Positions 1 to 9,322 of a DNA stretch of 32,000 bases are shown here, piece by piece. Within the stretch, counting starts at the first letter, position 1, and each line of letters begins with the position of its first letter. Made by a program: the position numbers and the translations under genes. The notes under the pieces are model-generated. The model saw nothing but the letters and a program-made list of their open reading frames with translations. It did no database searches and was not told the DNA's origin. Source of the stretch: Promethearchaeum syntrophicum. GTDB lineage: Archaea; Asgardarchaeota; Lokiarchaeia; Sigyniarchaeales; Promethearchaeaceae. Location of the stretch: assembly GCF_008000775.2 (NCBI RefSeq), contig NZ_CP042905.2, positions 2,940,001-2,972,000 on the forward strand, written 5' to 3'.

Positions 1-238
1 AACGATACCACGCCTTTTTATATATGAATAGAAAGACGGTTAAAATAAATATCCCTATGATCAAACTTAACGAAAAAAATTGCCAGAAAGTAGTTAAGGG
101 ATAAAAAATGAAGAACGTGATTATAATACCTAAGTTAATTATTTCAAATATTACAATTGAAAGGTGTCTTTTTTTCCAATTCGGGTTCGAGAAATCAAAA
201 TAATTTTGAATATCAGATTGGTTCGGTTTGGTTGTCAT
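1..238 (-). CDS. small polytopic membrane protein, N-terminal part only (gene runs off the left edge); tandem paralog of 262..741
   Basis: Not in the ORF track because the window edge truncates it. My reverse-strand translation from ATG at 238..236 gives MTTKPNQSDIQNYFDFSNPNWKKRHLSIVIFEIINLGIIITFFIFYPLTTFWQFFSLSLIIGIFILTVFLFIYKKAWYR with no stop down to position 1. It is collinear with the neighbour (MAIKPYQSHIEHYFDFSNPNWKKRH...FIYKRAWYHY). Confidence 0.55.
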   Translation of the reverse strand, partial: MTTKPNQSDIQNYFDFSNPNWKKRHLSIVIFEIINLGIIITFFIFYPLTTFWQFFSLSLIIGIFILTVFLFIYKKAWYR

Positions 239-261
239 TTTCTTTCAAAAATCTTCTCTTA

Positions 262-741
262 TTACAGATTTCTTTTTACGCTAATAAAAGTTCCATACTC
301 TTTTAAATTTCTAGGTTTAGCCTTACGCTGAGAATATTCTATAGAAACGTAATTTAATAAAAAAACGAGATCAAAAATTGCACTTATAATTAACAATCCC
401 AGAAGTAAACGTTCAAAAATAATTCCTTCTGGGGGAAAATCCATTAAAAATGTAACTAATATTGCACACACCATTCCAAAGATAACAAAAATATAGTTTA
501 AATAATGATACCAAGCCCGTTTATATATAAAAAGAATGATGGTTATAATAAATATCCCAAAAAATGCACTCACGGTTGTAATTTTCCAGATATTGGTTAA
601 AGGATTTAGTACAAGAAAAGCGATTATTATTGCTAAGTTAAATACGTCAACTATTAAAAATAAGATATGTCGTTTTTTCCAATTGGGATTTGAGAAATCA
701 AAATAATGCTCAATATGAGATTGGTAAGGTTTGATTGCCAT
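262..741 (-). CDS. small polytopic membrane protein (about 4 TM helices), function unknown
   Basis: 159-aa ORF. It has a conserved cytoplasmic N-terminal motif YFDFSNPNWKKRH followed by four hydrophobic helices. A paralog lies directly downstream at 1..238. I recognise no catalytic motif. Confidence 0.6.
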   Translation of the reverse strand: MAIKPYQSHIEHYFDFSNPNWKKRHILFLIVDVFNLAIIIAFLVLNPLTNIWKITTVSAFFGIFIITIILFIYKRAWYHYLNYIFVIFGMVCAILVTFLMDFPPEGIIFERLLLGLLIISAIFDLVFLLNYVSIEYSQRKAKPRNLKEYGTFISVKRNL

Positions 742-861
742 TTTCTTTGTGAGTTTAACTTAAATTCCTCAATGTAACAATAAAAAAACAATTATATAAA
801 GATATCTACAATATCTTAAATCGAATTTCAAAAAAACGACTTTTTCATTTCCCAGAATAAC

Positions 862-1920
862 CTACAGCCAATTTAGCACATCTTCTGCAAATCCTAGAAA
901 ATCTTTAATTTCAAGCTGGGTTCCATCATCCAAAACGACATGTCCTGTGAAATACCCAAAAACTTGATGTTGGATTGATTTAAGAATTAGAAAGTTCGTA
1001 TTCCCTTGTCTATCTATAATCGGCTTAAAATCCATTTCAAACCGACCATCATTGCTTGAAAACTTCCAAGGTTTCATGAAATCCGTGGAATCTACATGAA
1101 AAGTAACTTCATCCAATTTATGAGCTTTTCCCTTATAGAATAACATATTTTCAGAAGCAGGTGAGCGATCACTAAATCCATATCCGATATTCCACCCTAT
1201 GGATTCTCCATTGAGATATCCAGAAGCAGACCCCCAATACCACTGATTTTTATAAGTCCAGCGCCCTCTTCCCCAATCTAATACGGCCATACTAGTATCA
1301 GATGAGAAATTATATTCTGTTTCTCCAATAGTGATTAATCCTTCTGTCGGCATGCAATTGACCTTTTGATTATAATAGAATGCTTTTCGGTTTTCTTTCC
1401 AAGAAGTAGCGATAACCATTGTATCCATAGTTGGATCTTGATGAATTGTGAGCGTGCCTTTTAATCCAGTTTCCCCTTTACAATTTTTAAATTTAGGACA
1501 ATCAACAGTGATAACACGTTTAGGACCATCATATTCAAATTTCAATGCAATTTTTTTATCTTTGAATTCAATTATTCCATCTCCAGAATCTGAGGGAAAT
1601 CCTGTTTTTCCCCGAGGTAATATGGACATTGTGTCAAATTGTGTATAAGTTTTAGTCTCAAAATCTAACCAAGCAACTGCCACCAATCCCAAATACCCAA
1701 GATCGCTGATAGTAAATGTGATCCCATATTTTTTTGAAGAATCCAAGATGGCAAAATAATCCCATTCCTTGATCCGGTGCCAACCAGCTTTAATTTTACT
1801 CCTATCATAATGCCACAATAACTTGGTGGCATATCCCGATTCAACTAAATGTCCTTTATCATCTAATAATTCAATTGGTGTTGTAATTTTGTTTTGAATT
1901 CCCATAGGATAAATCATCAA
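862..1920 (-). CDS. DUF2804-like beta-rich protein, function unknown
   Basis: 352-aa ORF. The segment WHRIKEWDYFAILD...ISDLGYLGLVAVAWLDFETK resembles the conserved W-D-Y-W / adlgy core I recall for DUF2804. This family assignment is from memory only. The nested + ORF 1448..1648 is rejected. Confidence 0.55.
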   Translation of the reverse strand: MMIYPMGIQNKITTPIELLDDKGHLVESGYATKLLWHYDRSKIKAGWHRIKEWDYFAILDSSKKYGITFTISDLGYLGLVAVAWLDFETKTYTQFDTMSILPRGKTGFPSDSGDGIIEFKDKKIALKFEYDGPKRVITVDCPKFKNCKGETGLKGTLTIHQDPTMDTMVIATSWKENRKAFYYNQKVNCMPTEGLITIGETEYNFSSDTSMAVLDWGRGRWTYKNQWYWGSASGYLNGESIGWNIGYGFSDRSPASENMLFYKGKAHKLDEVTFHVDSTDFMKPWKFSSNDGRFEMDFKPIIDRQGNTNFLILKSIQHQVFGYFTGHVVLDDGTQLEIKDFLGFAEDVLNWL

Positions 1921-2066
1921 TTCGCCAAATTTAAGTGTTTTTTTTTAATTCTATAAAATTAAGAAAACGTGGAGTCTCTCACGAAGAGAATGGAAAAGTT
2001 CAAGAAAATTAAAATTATGAGAAATATATACTTATAACAACATTCGAAATTAAAGAGAAGGTCCCA

Positions 2067-3002
2067 ATGAATACAGAAATTGAACATCTATCAAATTCAA
2101 AGCAATTGAAAATTGGAACAATTTTATTAATAATAACAACAATAATCTGGGGATCTACGTTTATAATAACCAATATTCTCACTCAAATCGTTCCTCCAAT
2201 GTTCTATATGGGAGTGCGATACTTGATTGGGTTTATTGCTTTCATGCCATTTTTGGGAAGATTGAAAACATTTACAAAAAAACAGTTTAAGATAGGACTT
2301 ATTGCAGGAACATTATGTTGGGCTTCGTTTACATTCCAAACAATTGGAATTCAATTAACCACAGCCACAAAGTCAGCATTTATTACTGGATTGAATGTTA
2401 TTATGATTCCAATCTTTCTAGCGATTTTTTATAAGAAAAAAGTTTCCAAAAAGATTTGGATTAGTACATTCTTTGCTTTGGTTGGAGTATCGGTTTTATC
2501 ATTTGGAGGGATAGAAAAGCCATCTATTGGAGATCTTTTAGTTTTAATTTGTGATATTTTTTATGCATTATATGTGATCTATTTAGGGATTCATTTAAAA
2601 GAAATAGATACTATTGGGATATCTATAATTATTGTGTTTATCATTGGATTCTTTTCCTTTATATTGTCATTTATTTTTGAAGATATGAATTATATTTTTG
2701 GTGAAGGGGCATCTTCTATCTTTACGTACCAAAATCTGGGAATCATGCTATATATGGGACTAATAGCAACTACTATTTCAAACTTAACTCAAAATTATGG
2801 ACAAACCCACATTGCACCCACAAAAACCGCGATAATCTTCTCTCTTGAACCGCTTTTTGCTACATTCTTTGCAATATTAGGGAAAGAATCATTAAATCTT
2901 CAAATTGTTATTGGAGCGATTTTCATATTTACAGGAATTGTTTTATCTATTGAAAAGAAAACGAATTTAGATATTTTACCATTAAACGATAGTCTTAATT
3001 AA
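2067..3002 (+). CDS. EamA/DMT-superfamily transporter (10 TM)
   Basis: 311 aa with about 10 hydrophobic helices forming two EamA-like halves. The N-terminal IIWGSTFIITNIL and the second-half pattern SLEPLFATFFAIL are typical of drug/metabolite transporter permeases. Confidence 0.85.
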   Translation: MNTEIEHLSNSKQLKIGTILLIITTIIWGSTFIITNILTQIVPPMFYMGVRYLIGFIAFMPFLGRLKTFTKKQFKIGLIAGTLCWASFTFQTIGIQLTTATKSAFITGLNVIMIPIFLAIFYKKKVSKKIWISTFFALVGVSVLSFGGIEKPSIGDLLVLICDIFYALYVIYLGIHLKEIDTIGISIIIVFIIGFFSFILSFIFEDMNYIFGEGASSIFTYQNLGIMLYMGLIATTISNLTQNYGQTHIAPTKTAIIFSLEPLFATFFAILGKESLNLQIVIGAIFIFTGIVLSIEKKTNLDILPLNDSLN

Positions 3003-3036
3003 TTTTAGATACAAAGTCAAAATAGGAGAAAAACGT

Positions 3037-4077
3037 ATGACAAAGGATTATGCAATTATTTACAATCCTGTAGCAGCTGCAGGAAAATTAAAGGATCAAT
3101 TCAATTTTGCTTTAAAAACTCTTGATAAATTGAATGTATCTTATCAAATCTTTAAAACTGAACATTTTCAGCACGCAATTGATCTCTCTCTTGATGCAGC
3201 CAAAGACGGTCTCGATGTCATTGGAGTAGGTGGGGATGGAACCTGTAATGAGGTCTTAAATGGTGTTATTAAATCAAATACAAATATATTACTAGGATTT
3301 ATTCCAATTGGTTCAGGAATGGATATTCCAGGAGCGATTGGTATTAGACCAGACAGTATCAAGCGAGCTTGTGAGATAATTGCGGAAAGAAAAACAGGGA
3401 AAAGTGATATTGGTTTATCAATAAACGCACACAATGACCAAAGATATTTTTTAGGGATTGGATCTCAGGGTTTTGATGCTGAAGTAACTAAAAGAACCAA
3501 TGAATCCCTGAAATCAAGGAAAGGAACACAAAATTATGTGTTAACCGTTCTTAAAACAGTATTTAAATTTAAAAAACGTAAAATTCGTGTCACTTTAGAC
3601 AAAGAAACATGGGAGGGAATGGCAAACTTAGTTGCTGTTGGAAATGGTCCCACATATGGAGGATGGATGTATATGTGTCCAAAAGCCAATGTTCATGATG
3701 GAATGTTCCATATATCAATTATTGATATTGCAAGTCTACCCTTATTAATCAACTTTAATTCAATGTATTCACGCAACTTTCAACCGCACAAGAAAGTTTT
3801 CGAATTTGTAAGTAAAAATGTTAAAATTGAAATGTTAAATAATGAGGACGTACCATATATTGGACAAATAGATGGTGAAATCATTGGAAATCTTCCAATA
3901 ACATATAAAGCCTTACGAGAAGGGTATGAATTTATCCAACCTATGGAAAATGAAGCCGAACAATGGTTTCAAGAGAAACATGGAAAGAAATTTGCCAAAT
4001 ATGTGAATAAATTACGGAAAAAAGGATCATCTTATTATGATGATTTTATGTATCTACCCAAAAATTTAAAAATCTAA
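3037..4077 (+). CDS. diacylglycerol-kinase-family lipid kinase (YegS/BmrU type)
   Basis: Starts AIIYNPVAAAGK and carries the DAGK catalytic-domain signature GVGGDGTCNEVLNG, with a C-terminal QIDGE motif. An AGGAG Shine-Dalgarno-like element at 3023..3027 precedes the ATG. Confidence 0.85.
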   Translation: MTKDYAIIYNPVAAAGKLKDQFNFALKTLDKLNVSYQIFKTEHFQHAIDLSLDAAKDGLDVIGVGGDGTCNEVLNGVIKSNTNILLGFIPIGSGMDIPGAIGIRPDSIKRACEIIAERKTGKSDIGLSINAHNDQRYFLGIGSQGFDAEVTKRTNESLKSRKGTQNYVLTVLKTVFKFKKRKIRVTLDKETWEGMANLVAVGNGPTYGGWMYMCPKANVHDGMFHISIIDIASLPLLINFNSMYSRNFQPHKKVFEFVSKNVKIEMLNNEDVPYIGQIDGEIIGNLPITYKALREGYEFIQPMENEAEQWFQEKHGKKFAKYVNKLRKKGSSYYDDFMYLPKNLKI

Positions 4078-4141
4078 TATATTAGAATTTTTTATTCCTA
4101 AACGTTATTTATTTGAATATAATCCCAATAGGAACCTCACA

Positions 4142-5020
4142 ATGAGCATTCCCGAAAGTATCCTCAAGGTAAAATTACCCGTGCAAAAGCTAAAAATTCA
4201 CCCACGAGCTATGCAGAATTTTGCAGCAGCATTAAATGCCAGAAACCCCCTATACTATGACGATTCACTCCCAGAGGGAATTTTTAATCACCCATGTTTT
4301 CCGATTGTCACTACTTGGCCCCTTTTTGAGCTATTTATGCCTCTCCTCCAAGAAGCGGGATTGAGTTCTCAAGTGATGGGTTCATTAGTGCATTTTTCCG
4401 AACATTTGGAATTACACCGGCCTATGCAACCGAAAAAACGGTTGATATTTTCCAGTAAGATTCGTGGAATTACAAAAAATCCCGCGGGATCTGAAATGCA
4501 TCTTCATGTGCAAGCTAATACCTTGAAAGGAGACCCCGTGTTTGACGAATATGCAAGCGTCTTATTCCGGAAAGCTAATCTTAGCTTCCCTGAACGCCCT
4601 CTCGATATTAAACCGAAATCGCCTCTTTGGAATGACGTTCCAGATATAACTGGCAAAATATCATTAGAATTTTCACCTCTCCTTCCGTTTATTTATGATG
4701 GGTGCACAGATATTGTATTTCCCATTCATACATCCAAAAAATTCGCACAGCAGGTAGGTCTTCCGAATATTATCGTTCAAGGATCGGCAAGTTTTTCAAA
4801 ATGCATTGGTAGTCTTATGGATCACTACAGTGTGACCGATCCTAGGGAAGTTAAAAATCTGGGTGCCAATTTTGGCGCCTATGTTATACCTGGCGAAAAG
4901 TGGATACTGGAATGGAAAAAAGTTAAGAAAATTAGCTCTAATACTCAATGCACTTTCAGACTCGTTAATGAGAAAGGGAAAGAAGCAATTCGGAACGGTT
5001 GGATTACTTTTACCACTTAG
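4142..5020 (+). CDS. MaoC-like double hot-dog (R)-specific enoyl-CoA hydratase/dehydratase family protein
   Basis: The N-terminal half (MQNFAAALNARNPLYYDD...HPCFPIV) looks like the N-terminal MaoC-dehydratase half. The C-terminal half (FPIHTSKKFAQQVGLPNIIVQGSASFS) matches the MaoC npiHtD..A...G....ivhG pattern. G+C is clearly higher than in the neighbours (see findings). Confidence 0.6.
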   Translation: MSIPESILKVKLPVQKLKIHPRAMQNFAAALNARNPLYYDDSLPEGIFNHPCFPIVTTWPLFELFMPLLQEAGLSSQVMGSLVHFSEHLELHRPMQPKKRLIFSSKIRGITKNPAGSEMHLHVQANTLKGDPVFDEYASVLFRKANLSFPERPLDIKPKSPLWNDVPDITGKISLEFSPLLPFIYDGCTDIVFPIHTSKKFAQQVGLPNIIVQGSASFSKCIGSLMDHYSVTDPREVKNLGANFGAYVIPGEKWILEWKKVKKISSNTQCTFRLVNEKGKEAIRNGWITFTT

Positions 5021-5051
5021 AGTTAATATATTTTTTATTATTATAGGAGAA

Positions 5052-5705
5052 TTAAAAGGAATTTTCAGAGAGCAATTCTTTAGATTTAATGAATTGTAAT
5101 AATTTTTCCCGTTTTTTTCTTAGGAGATTGAATTCTTGTTCAAATTGAGAAATTTGTTGTATTAAACTTTTAATTTTAGATTTAATCATATTAAAAGAAG
5201 ATTTAGGAGGAGTTTTTTTTAATCTGTATAGATTATTCAATATTTTTTGAAATTTTATTTTCCTTTTAAAAATTATCGCATCAACATATAGAACTTGCTG
5301 ACTTTCTCTCAACGAGAATGATTGAAGCTGATACAATCTTGGTTTTCTATAGAGTTTTGAACTAACATTTATTAATTCACTTTCCAAAGCTTGGTTTAAA
5401 TTTCTAGAGATTGTACTAAGTGAAAATCCAGTAAGACGTGTTAGTAAATCTTGAGTAACTGTTTTACGAAGACCGAAATGGCTGTTTATATGATTAGAAA
5501 TTGGATTGTATTTTGAAAAAAAACTATTTTCGACTAAGTAATTAATGCAATTGAAAATATATCCTTCTAATTCAGTAGGAAAGGCAATAATTTCATCCTT
5601 ATAATTTAATTGTGACACATTTTCTTCAAAAAAAGAATATTTCTTAGTTTTATCTATTGTTCGTCTTTGAACTTCAATATAATTTCGGTAGCTATTTAAT
5701 CTCAT
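5052..5705 (-). CDS. winged-helix (MarR/GbsR-like) transcriptional regulator with coiled-coil C-terminus
   Basis: 217 aa. It has an HTH-like segment DLLTRLTGFSLSTISRNLNQALESELINVSSKLYRKPRLYQL (helix-turn-helix plus a basic wing), then a Lys/Gln-rich helical tail. The family call is tentative. Confidence 0.5.
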   Translation of the reverse strand: MRLNSYRNYIEVQRRTIDKTKKYSFFEENVSQLNYKDEIIAFPTELEGYIFNCINYLVENSFFSKYNPISNHINSHFGLRKTVTQDLLTRLTGFSLSTISRNLNQALESELINVSSKLYRKPRLYQLQSFSLRESQQVLYVDAIIFKRKIKFQKILNNLYRLKKTPPKSSFNMIKSKIKSLIQQISQFEQEFNLLRKKREKLLQFIKSKELLSENSF

Positions 5706-5970
5706 ATGAAGAAAATTGCATAATTTTGGATACTTTTTTTTTTAAAATAAGAATACAGAGGTTACATTAAATTCTATTTTTTTCATCTAATCGCTCATAA
5801 TACGATTTTTCTCTTTTCAAAGGATTTAGCGTCAACCTCCTCTGTTTCTTTTCAGATATCTAATTTACTTTTAGGAGTGAAACACTCCGTTTCTGGATAG
5901 AAAAAGTATTTAAGCTTTTTTAGTCTTTTTTTGATTAATTTATTAAATTTAAATTGTTAGTGCTGAAATT

Positions 5971-7431
5971 ATGAAAAAAATTGAAGAGTTTAAAGATTTT
6001 TTCGCTGATTTATCGAAAAAACAGAAAATCACTTATATTTCGCTTATTGTAACTGCTTTTATTTTAACAGAATCTATTCTTTTTTGGGCTGTAACTAGTC
6101 CTGCAATGAAGGGATTATTTGAATGGGTTAATTATGTTAGAACCGTAGTTTACTTAATTTGTTTAATAGGTTTGATTTTTCCAGTTATCGCGGGAATTAT
6201 CATATTTATTAACCAAAAAAAGACTCCTTCTAAAAAACCAATAAAATTCTTAATGATTTTAGCAATTTTTAGTCTAATTATTCCGATAGGATTTTACGGT
6301 TACACAATTTCAATCCCGTTTCAACGCGATGGAGATAAACCTCCACAACTCTTATTATTGAATGGTTCTGGTATAAATGGAGTTCCAAATATGGCAGTTA
6401 GTTTTTGGACTGAAGATAGAACAACAAGTACAATAAATTGGGGACCAACTGAATCAATGGGTACTAAATCAAATGAATTGACAAAATCACATACACATTC
6501 TTACCTTTTGGAAGATCTATTACCTAACATAACGTATTTTTATCAAGTTAATAATGTAGGTCAAATTTATAATTTTACCACTATGCCTAATCTTCCAAAT
6601 ACGTTTAAATTTATGACATCATCAGATCCTCATTTTGGTGCGGAAAATGCCAATAGAACAGTAACAGATGAAATTTTAAAACAATTGATAGATCCCTCAA
6701 ATGGATATCAATCGTTCTTTATGTTGGGTGATATGGTAGAGTATGGTCTTTTTGATTCTCAATATAAAGAAGCTTGCGATACTTTTTCACCAGTAACCTC
6801 TCATATACCATTCCGACCTGTAATCGGGAACCATGATATCTTATTAGGGGGGCCCACATTTTGGGAGGATTATTTTTCACCAGATTTAATTGAAGATGCC
6901 CCAAGAGACTATTTCCACATCGAAATTAACGGAATCCAGATTTTCGTTCTTGATCTTGAATGGGGAACTGAATCTTATACAAAAGAACAAAAGACTTGGT
7001 TTGAAACAGAACTTGAAGAAAGTACGGATCCAGATGATTGGATATTAGTGATGAGTCATTGTTTCTACTACGCATCAGGATATTTAGTTGATGGTTCAGA
7101 TTGGTGGGATCACCAAGAAATGATTGATACTTTTGAGCCAATTTTCGTTGATAATGGTATAGATATGGTTTTTAGCGGTCATAATCATATTTTTGAACGA
7201 TTGGAGAATAACGGAGTAAATTACAACATCGTCGGAGGATTTGGAGGCCATCCTGACACAGATTTTGAAAAAGAAGATGATGTAATTGGACAAACAGGAA
7301 CGGGTTCAATTTATTATAGTACAGATATGTTTGGCTTTTTAGAAGTAGACATTCAAGGTGATGATGCATACTTAGCATTTAGAACTCCCGAAAACCAAAC
7401 CGTTTATAATTATACCATTACCAGACTTTAA
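5971..7431 (+). CDS. membrane-anchored calcineurin-like metallophosphoesterase (purple acid phosphatase-like)
   Basis: Three to four N-terminal TM helices. A PAP-type N-terminal beta domain follows (VSFWTEDRTTSTINWGP...YFYQV). The full metallophosphoesterase motif set is present: SSDPHFG, LGDMVEYG, GNHD, MSHCF, SGHNHIFER. Confidence 0.85.
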   Translation: MKKIEEFKDFFADLSKKQKITYISLIVTAFILTESILFWAVTSPAMKGLFEWVNYVRTVVYLICLIGLIFPVIAGIIIFINQKKTPSKKPIKFLMILAIFSLIIPIGFYGYTISIPFQRDGDKPPQLLLLNGSGINGVPNMAVSFWTEDRTTSTINWGPTESMGTKSNELTKSHTHSYLLEDLLPNITYFYQVNNVGQIYNFTTMPNLPNTFKFMTSSDPHFGAENANRTVTDEILKQLIDPSNGYQSFFMLGDMVEYGLFDSQYKEACDTFSPVTSHIPFRPVIGNHDILLGGPTFWEDYFSPDLIEDAPRDYFHIEINGIQIFVLDLEWGTESYTKEQKTWFETELEESTDPDDWILVMSHCFYYASGYLVDGSDWWDHQEMIDTFEPIFVDNGIDMVFSGHNHIFERLENNGVNYNIVGGFGGHPDTDFEKEDDVIGQTGTGSIYYSTDMFGFLEVDIQGDDAYLAFRTPENQTVYNYTITRL

Positions 7432-7514
7432 TTAGTTGGTATTTTGGTTTCAGTTTTTTTATTATATTTTTTATTAAATGAATTTTTAACTTACAATATT
7501 TTAATGGAAAATAG

Positions 7515-8096
7515 GTGGAAAAATTGGTGTTTAGATGCTGGGGAGATAAGGATAAATTAATGAGGGATTACCACGATTTTGAGTGGGGAGTTCCTCTTCA
7601 TGATGATTATAAATTATTTGAATTTTTGGTCTTAGATGGGGCTCAGGCTGGGCTTAGTTGGAGCACAATTCTAAAGAAGCGAGAAAATTATAGAAAGGCG
7701 TTTGATAATTTTGATTTTGAAAAAATTGCAAAATATGGTGATGATAAAATAGAAGAATTATTAAATAATCCAGGAATAATTCGTAATACGCTTAAAGTAA
7801 AGGCTTTTATTACTAATGCGCAAGCTTATATAAAACTAAGAGAAGAATTTGGCTCCTTTGATAAATATATCTGGGATCAGGTTGATAATAAACCAATTCA
7901 AAATAAATTGAAAGGATTTGAAGATATGCCTTCAAAAACCATATTATCAGAAAAAATTACCAAAGATCTAAAGAAGCGTGGCTTTAAATTTGTTGGACCT
8001 ACAATAATCTACGCATTCATGCAAGCAATTGGACTTGTGAATGATCATTTAGAAAAATGTTTTCGATATAACGAAATTAGTAATTTATCTTCATAA
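7515..8096 (+). CDS. tag: DNA-3-methyladenine glycosylase I
   Basis: Collinear by eye with E. coli Tag: FRCWG, YHDFEWGVP, GAQAGLSWSTILKKRENYRKAF, GIIRN, KKRGFKFVGPTIIYAFMQAIGLVNDHLEKC. All four Zn ligands (C, H, H-x3-C) are present. There is no in-frame ATG. The track start is GTG 7515, but GTG 7527 (giving MFRCW, like E. coli MERCGW) with AGGTGG at 7513..7518 is at least as likely. Confidence 0.92.
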   Translation: MEKLVFRCWGDKDKLMRDYHDFEWGVPLHDDYKLFEFLVLDGAQAGLSWSTILKKRENYRKAFDNFDFEKIAKYGDDKIEELLNNPGIIRNTLKVKAFITNAQAYIKLREEFGSFDKYIWDQVDNKPIQNKLKGFEDMPSKTILSEKITKDLKKRGFKFVGPTIIYAFMQAIGLVNDHLEKCFRYNEISNLSS

Positions 8097-8187
8097 ACCA
8101 ATAATCCAAAAATGTTTTCACTAATTATCCTAAAATTCAGAAGAGATAATTTATTTACAAAAGAAAATTTGATATTTTTGAAGAAGA

Positions 8188-8346
8188 ATGCCGGAAATTA
8201 ACATCGATTTTCAAACTTACCTACCGACTATCAATACTTTCAGAAATTACTATGAAATCCTAAGATCCCACGATTATACTTCCGACCAATCCATGAATGC
8301 ATTGCAATCAATTCTGAAATCCAAAAACTTACAACGAGACTCCTAA
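8188..8346 (+). CDS. possible small protein (52 aa), hypothetical
   Basis: Below the track's apparent size cut-off. The ATG at 8188 opens MPEINIDFQTYLPTINTFRNYYEILRSHDYTSDQSMNALQSILKSKNLQRDS, ending at TAA 8344..8346. It sits in an otherwise empty 419-bp gap. Hand counts give 20/60 and 23/60 G+C for rows 8221 and 8281, slightly above intergenic background. No homology recognised. Confidence 0.25.
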   Translation: MPEINIDFQTYLPTINTFRNYYEILRSHDYTSDQSMNALQSILKSKNLQRDS

Positions 8347-8515
8347 TAACTAGCGCTATTTCTGGTATAATTTTTCATTTATCTTTTATATAATTGAAAA
8401 CTACGAAATTTTACATATAAAAGGATTTTTCTTTTATTTCTTCTAATTTAATATCACTTTTGATATGATTTCAGAGAAAAAAAAAATATAATAATCTTGT
8501 TCGACAGAATAAATT

Positions 8516-9310
8516 ATGAACTTTTTTCAGAAATTAATTTTAGCCCTCCTTCAAGCTATTTTAGAATGGCTTCCGGTTAGTAGTGAAGGTTTTTTAATGC
8601 TAACAGCTATAAATATTTTCGGAGAATCAGCAGATGCAGCTTTTAGCTTAGCAATTTACTTTCATTTAGGTACTGCACTAGCGGTTCTAGCAAAATACTG
8701 GAGAACATATTGGGACGCATTAGTCAAAGATCATGATATTTTAAGATTATTGATTATTTCAACAATATCTACTGGTATTATTGGAATTCCGCTATATTTA
8801 TTACTAGGAGAAGTTTTTACAGAAGTAACAGGGATGGCTATAACACTCATAATTGGAATTACGTTAATAATAACTGCCACATTACTGCGTTTTGGAAAAT
8901 TAAATGCTTCTGATAAATTAGAAATGAAAGACCGGAATCTATTGGATGAATTTGCATTAGGTGCTTGTCAAGGGTTTGCGATTTTACCTGGTATTAGTCG
9001 CTCTGGTACTACCGTTTCATTCTTACTCCTAAGAGGATTTAAAAGAGAAGACGCTTTTAAAATGAGTTTCATTATATCCTTACCTGCAGTTATAGGAGCG
9101 ATCTTATTTGATATAATATTCGGGAGTGGAAATACTACAACAGTATTAGGTTGGGATTATTTTGCGTTAATGTTAATTGTTGCTGTAGTTGCATACTTTA
9201 TGATGAGTGGTTTGCTGAAATTTGCTAAAAAACTTTCATTTGATAAAATATGTTATATACTAGGTGGAATTACAATCATTCTGGTCATATTGTTTTATAT
9301 TTTTAGTTAA
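8516..9310 (+). CDS. uppP: undecaprenyl-diphosphatase (BacA/UppP family)
   Basis: Has the signature motifs EWLPVSSEGF (compare EfLPISSsGHL) and PGISRSGTT, with about 8 TM helices in 264 aa. Confidence 0.9.
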   Translation: MNFFQKLILALLQAILEWLPVSSEGFLMLTAINIFGESADAAFSLAIYFHLGTALAVLAKYWRTYWDALVKDHDILRLLIISTISTGIIGIPLYLLLGEVFTEVTGMAITLIIGITLIITATLLRFGKLNASDKLEMKDRNLLDEFALGACQGFAILPGISRSGTTVSFLLLRGFKREDAFKMSFIISLPAVIGAILFDIIFGSGNTTTVLGWDYFALMLIVAVVAYFMMSGLLKFAKKLSFDKICYILGGITIILVILFYIFS

Positions 9311-9322
9311 AAAATAAAAGAT

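Noticed and set aside
5874-5888. Perfect hairpin GGAGTG-AAA-CACTCC in the 265-bp divergent intergenic region
   Set aside because: A 6-bp stem in isolation has no flanking conserved boxes and no oligo-T context. It is expected by chance in a region of this size.
6719-7378. Four minus-strand ORFs (61-71 aa) from the track, stacked inside the metallophosphoesterase gene
   Set aside because: They are entirely nested antisense to a 486-aa ORF that carries a complete metallophosphoesterase motif set. Their translations are low-complexity with no motifs. They are typical chance ORFs on the opposite strand.
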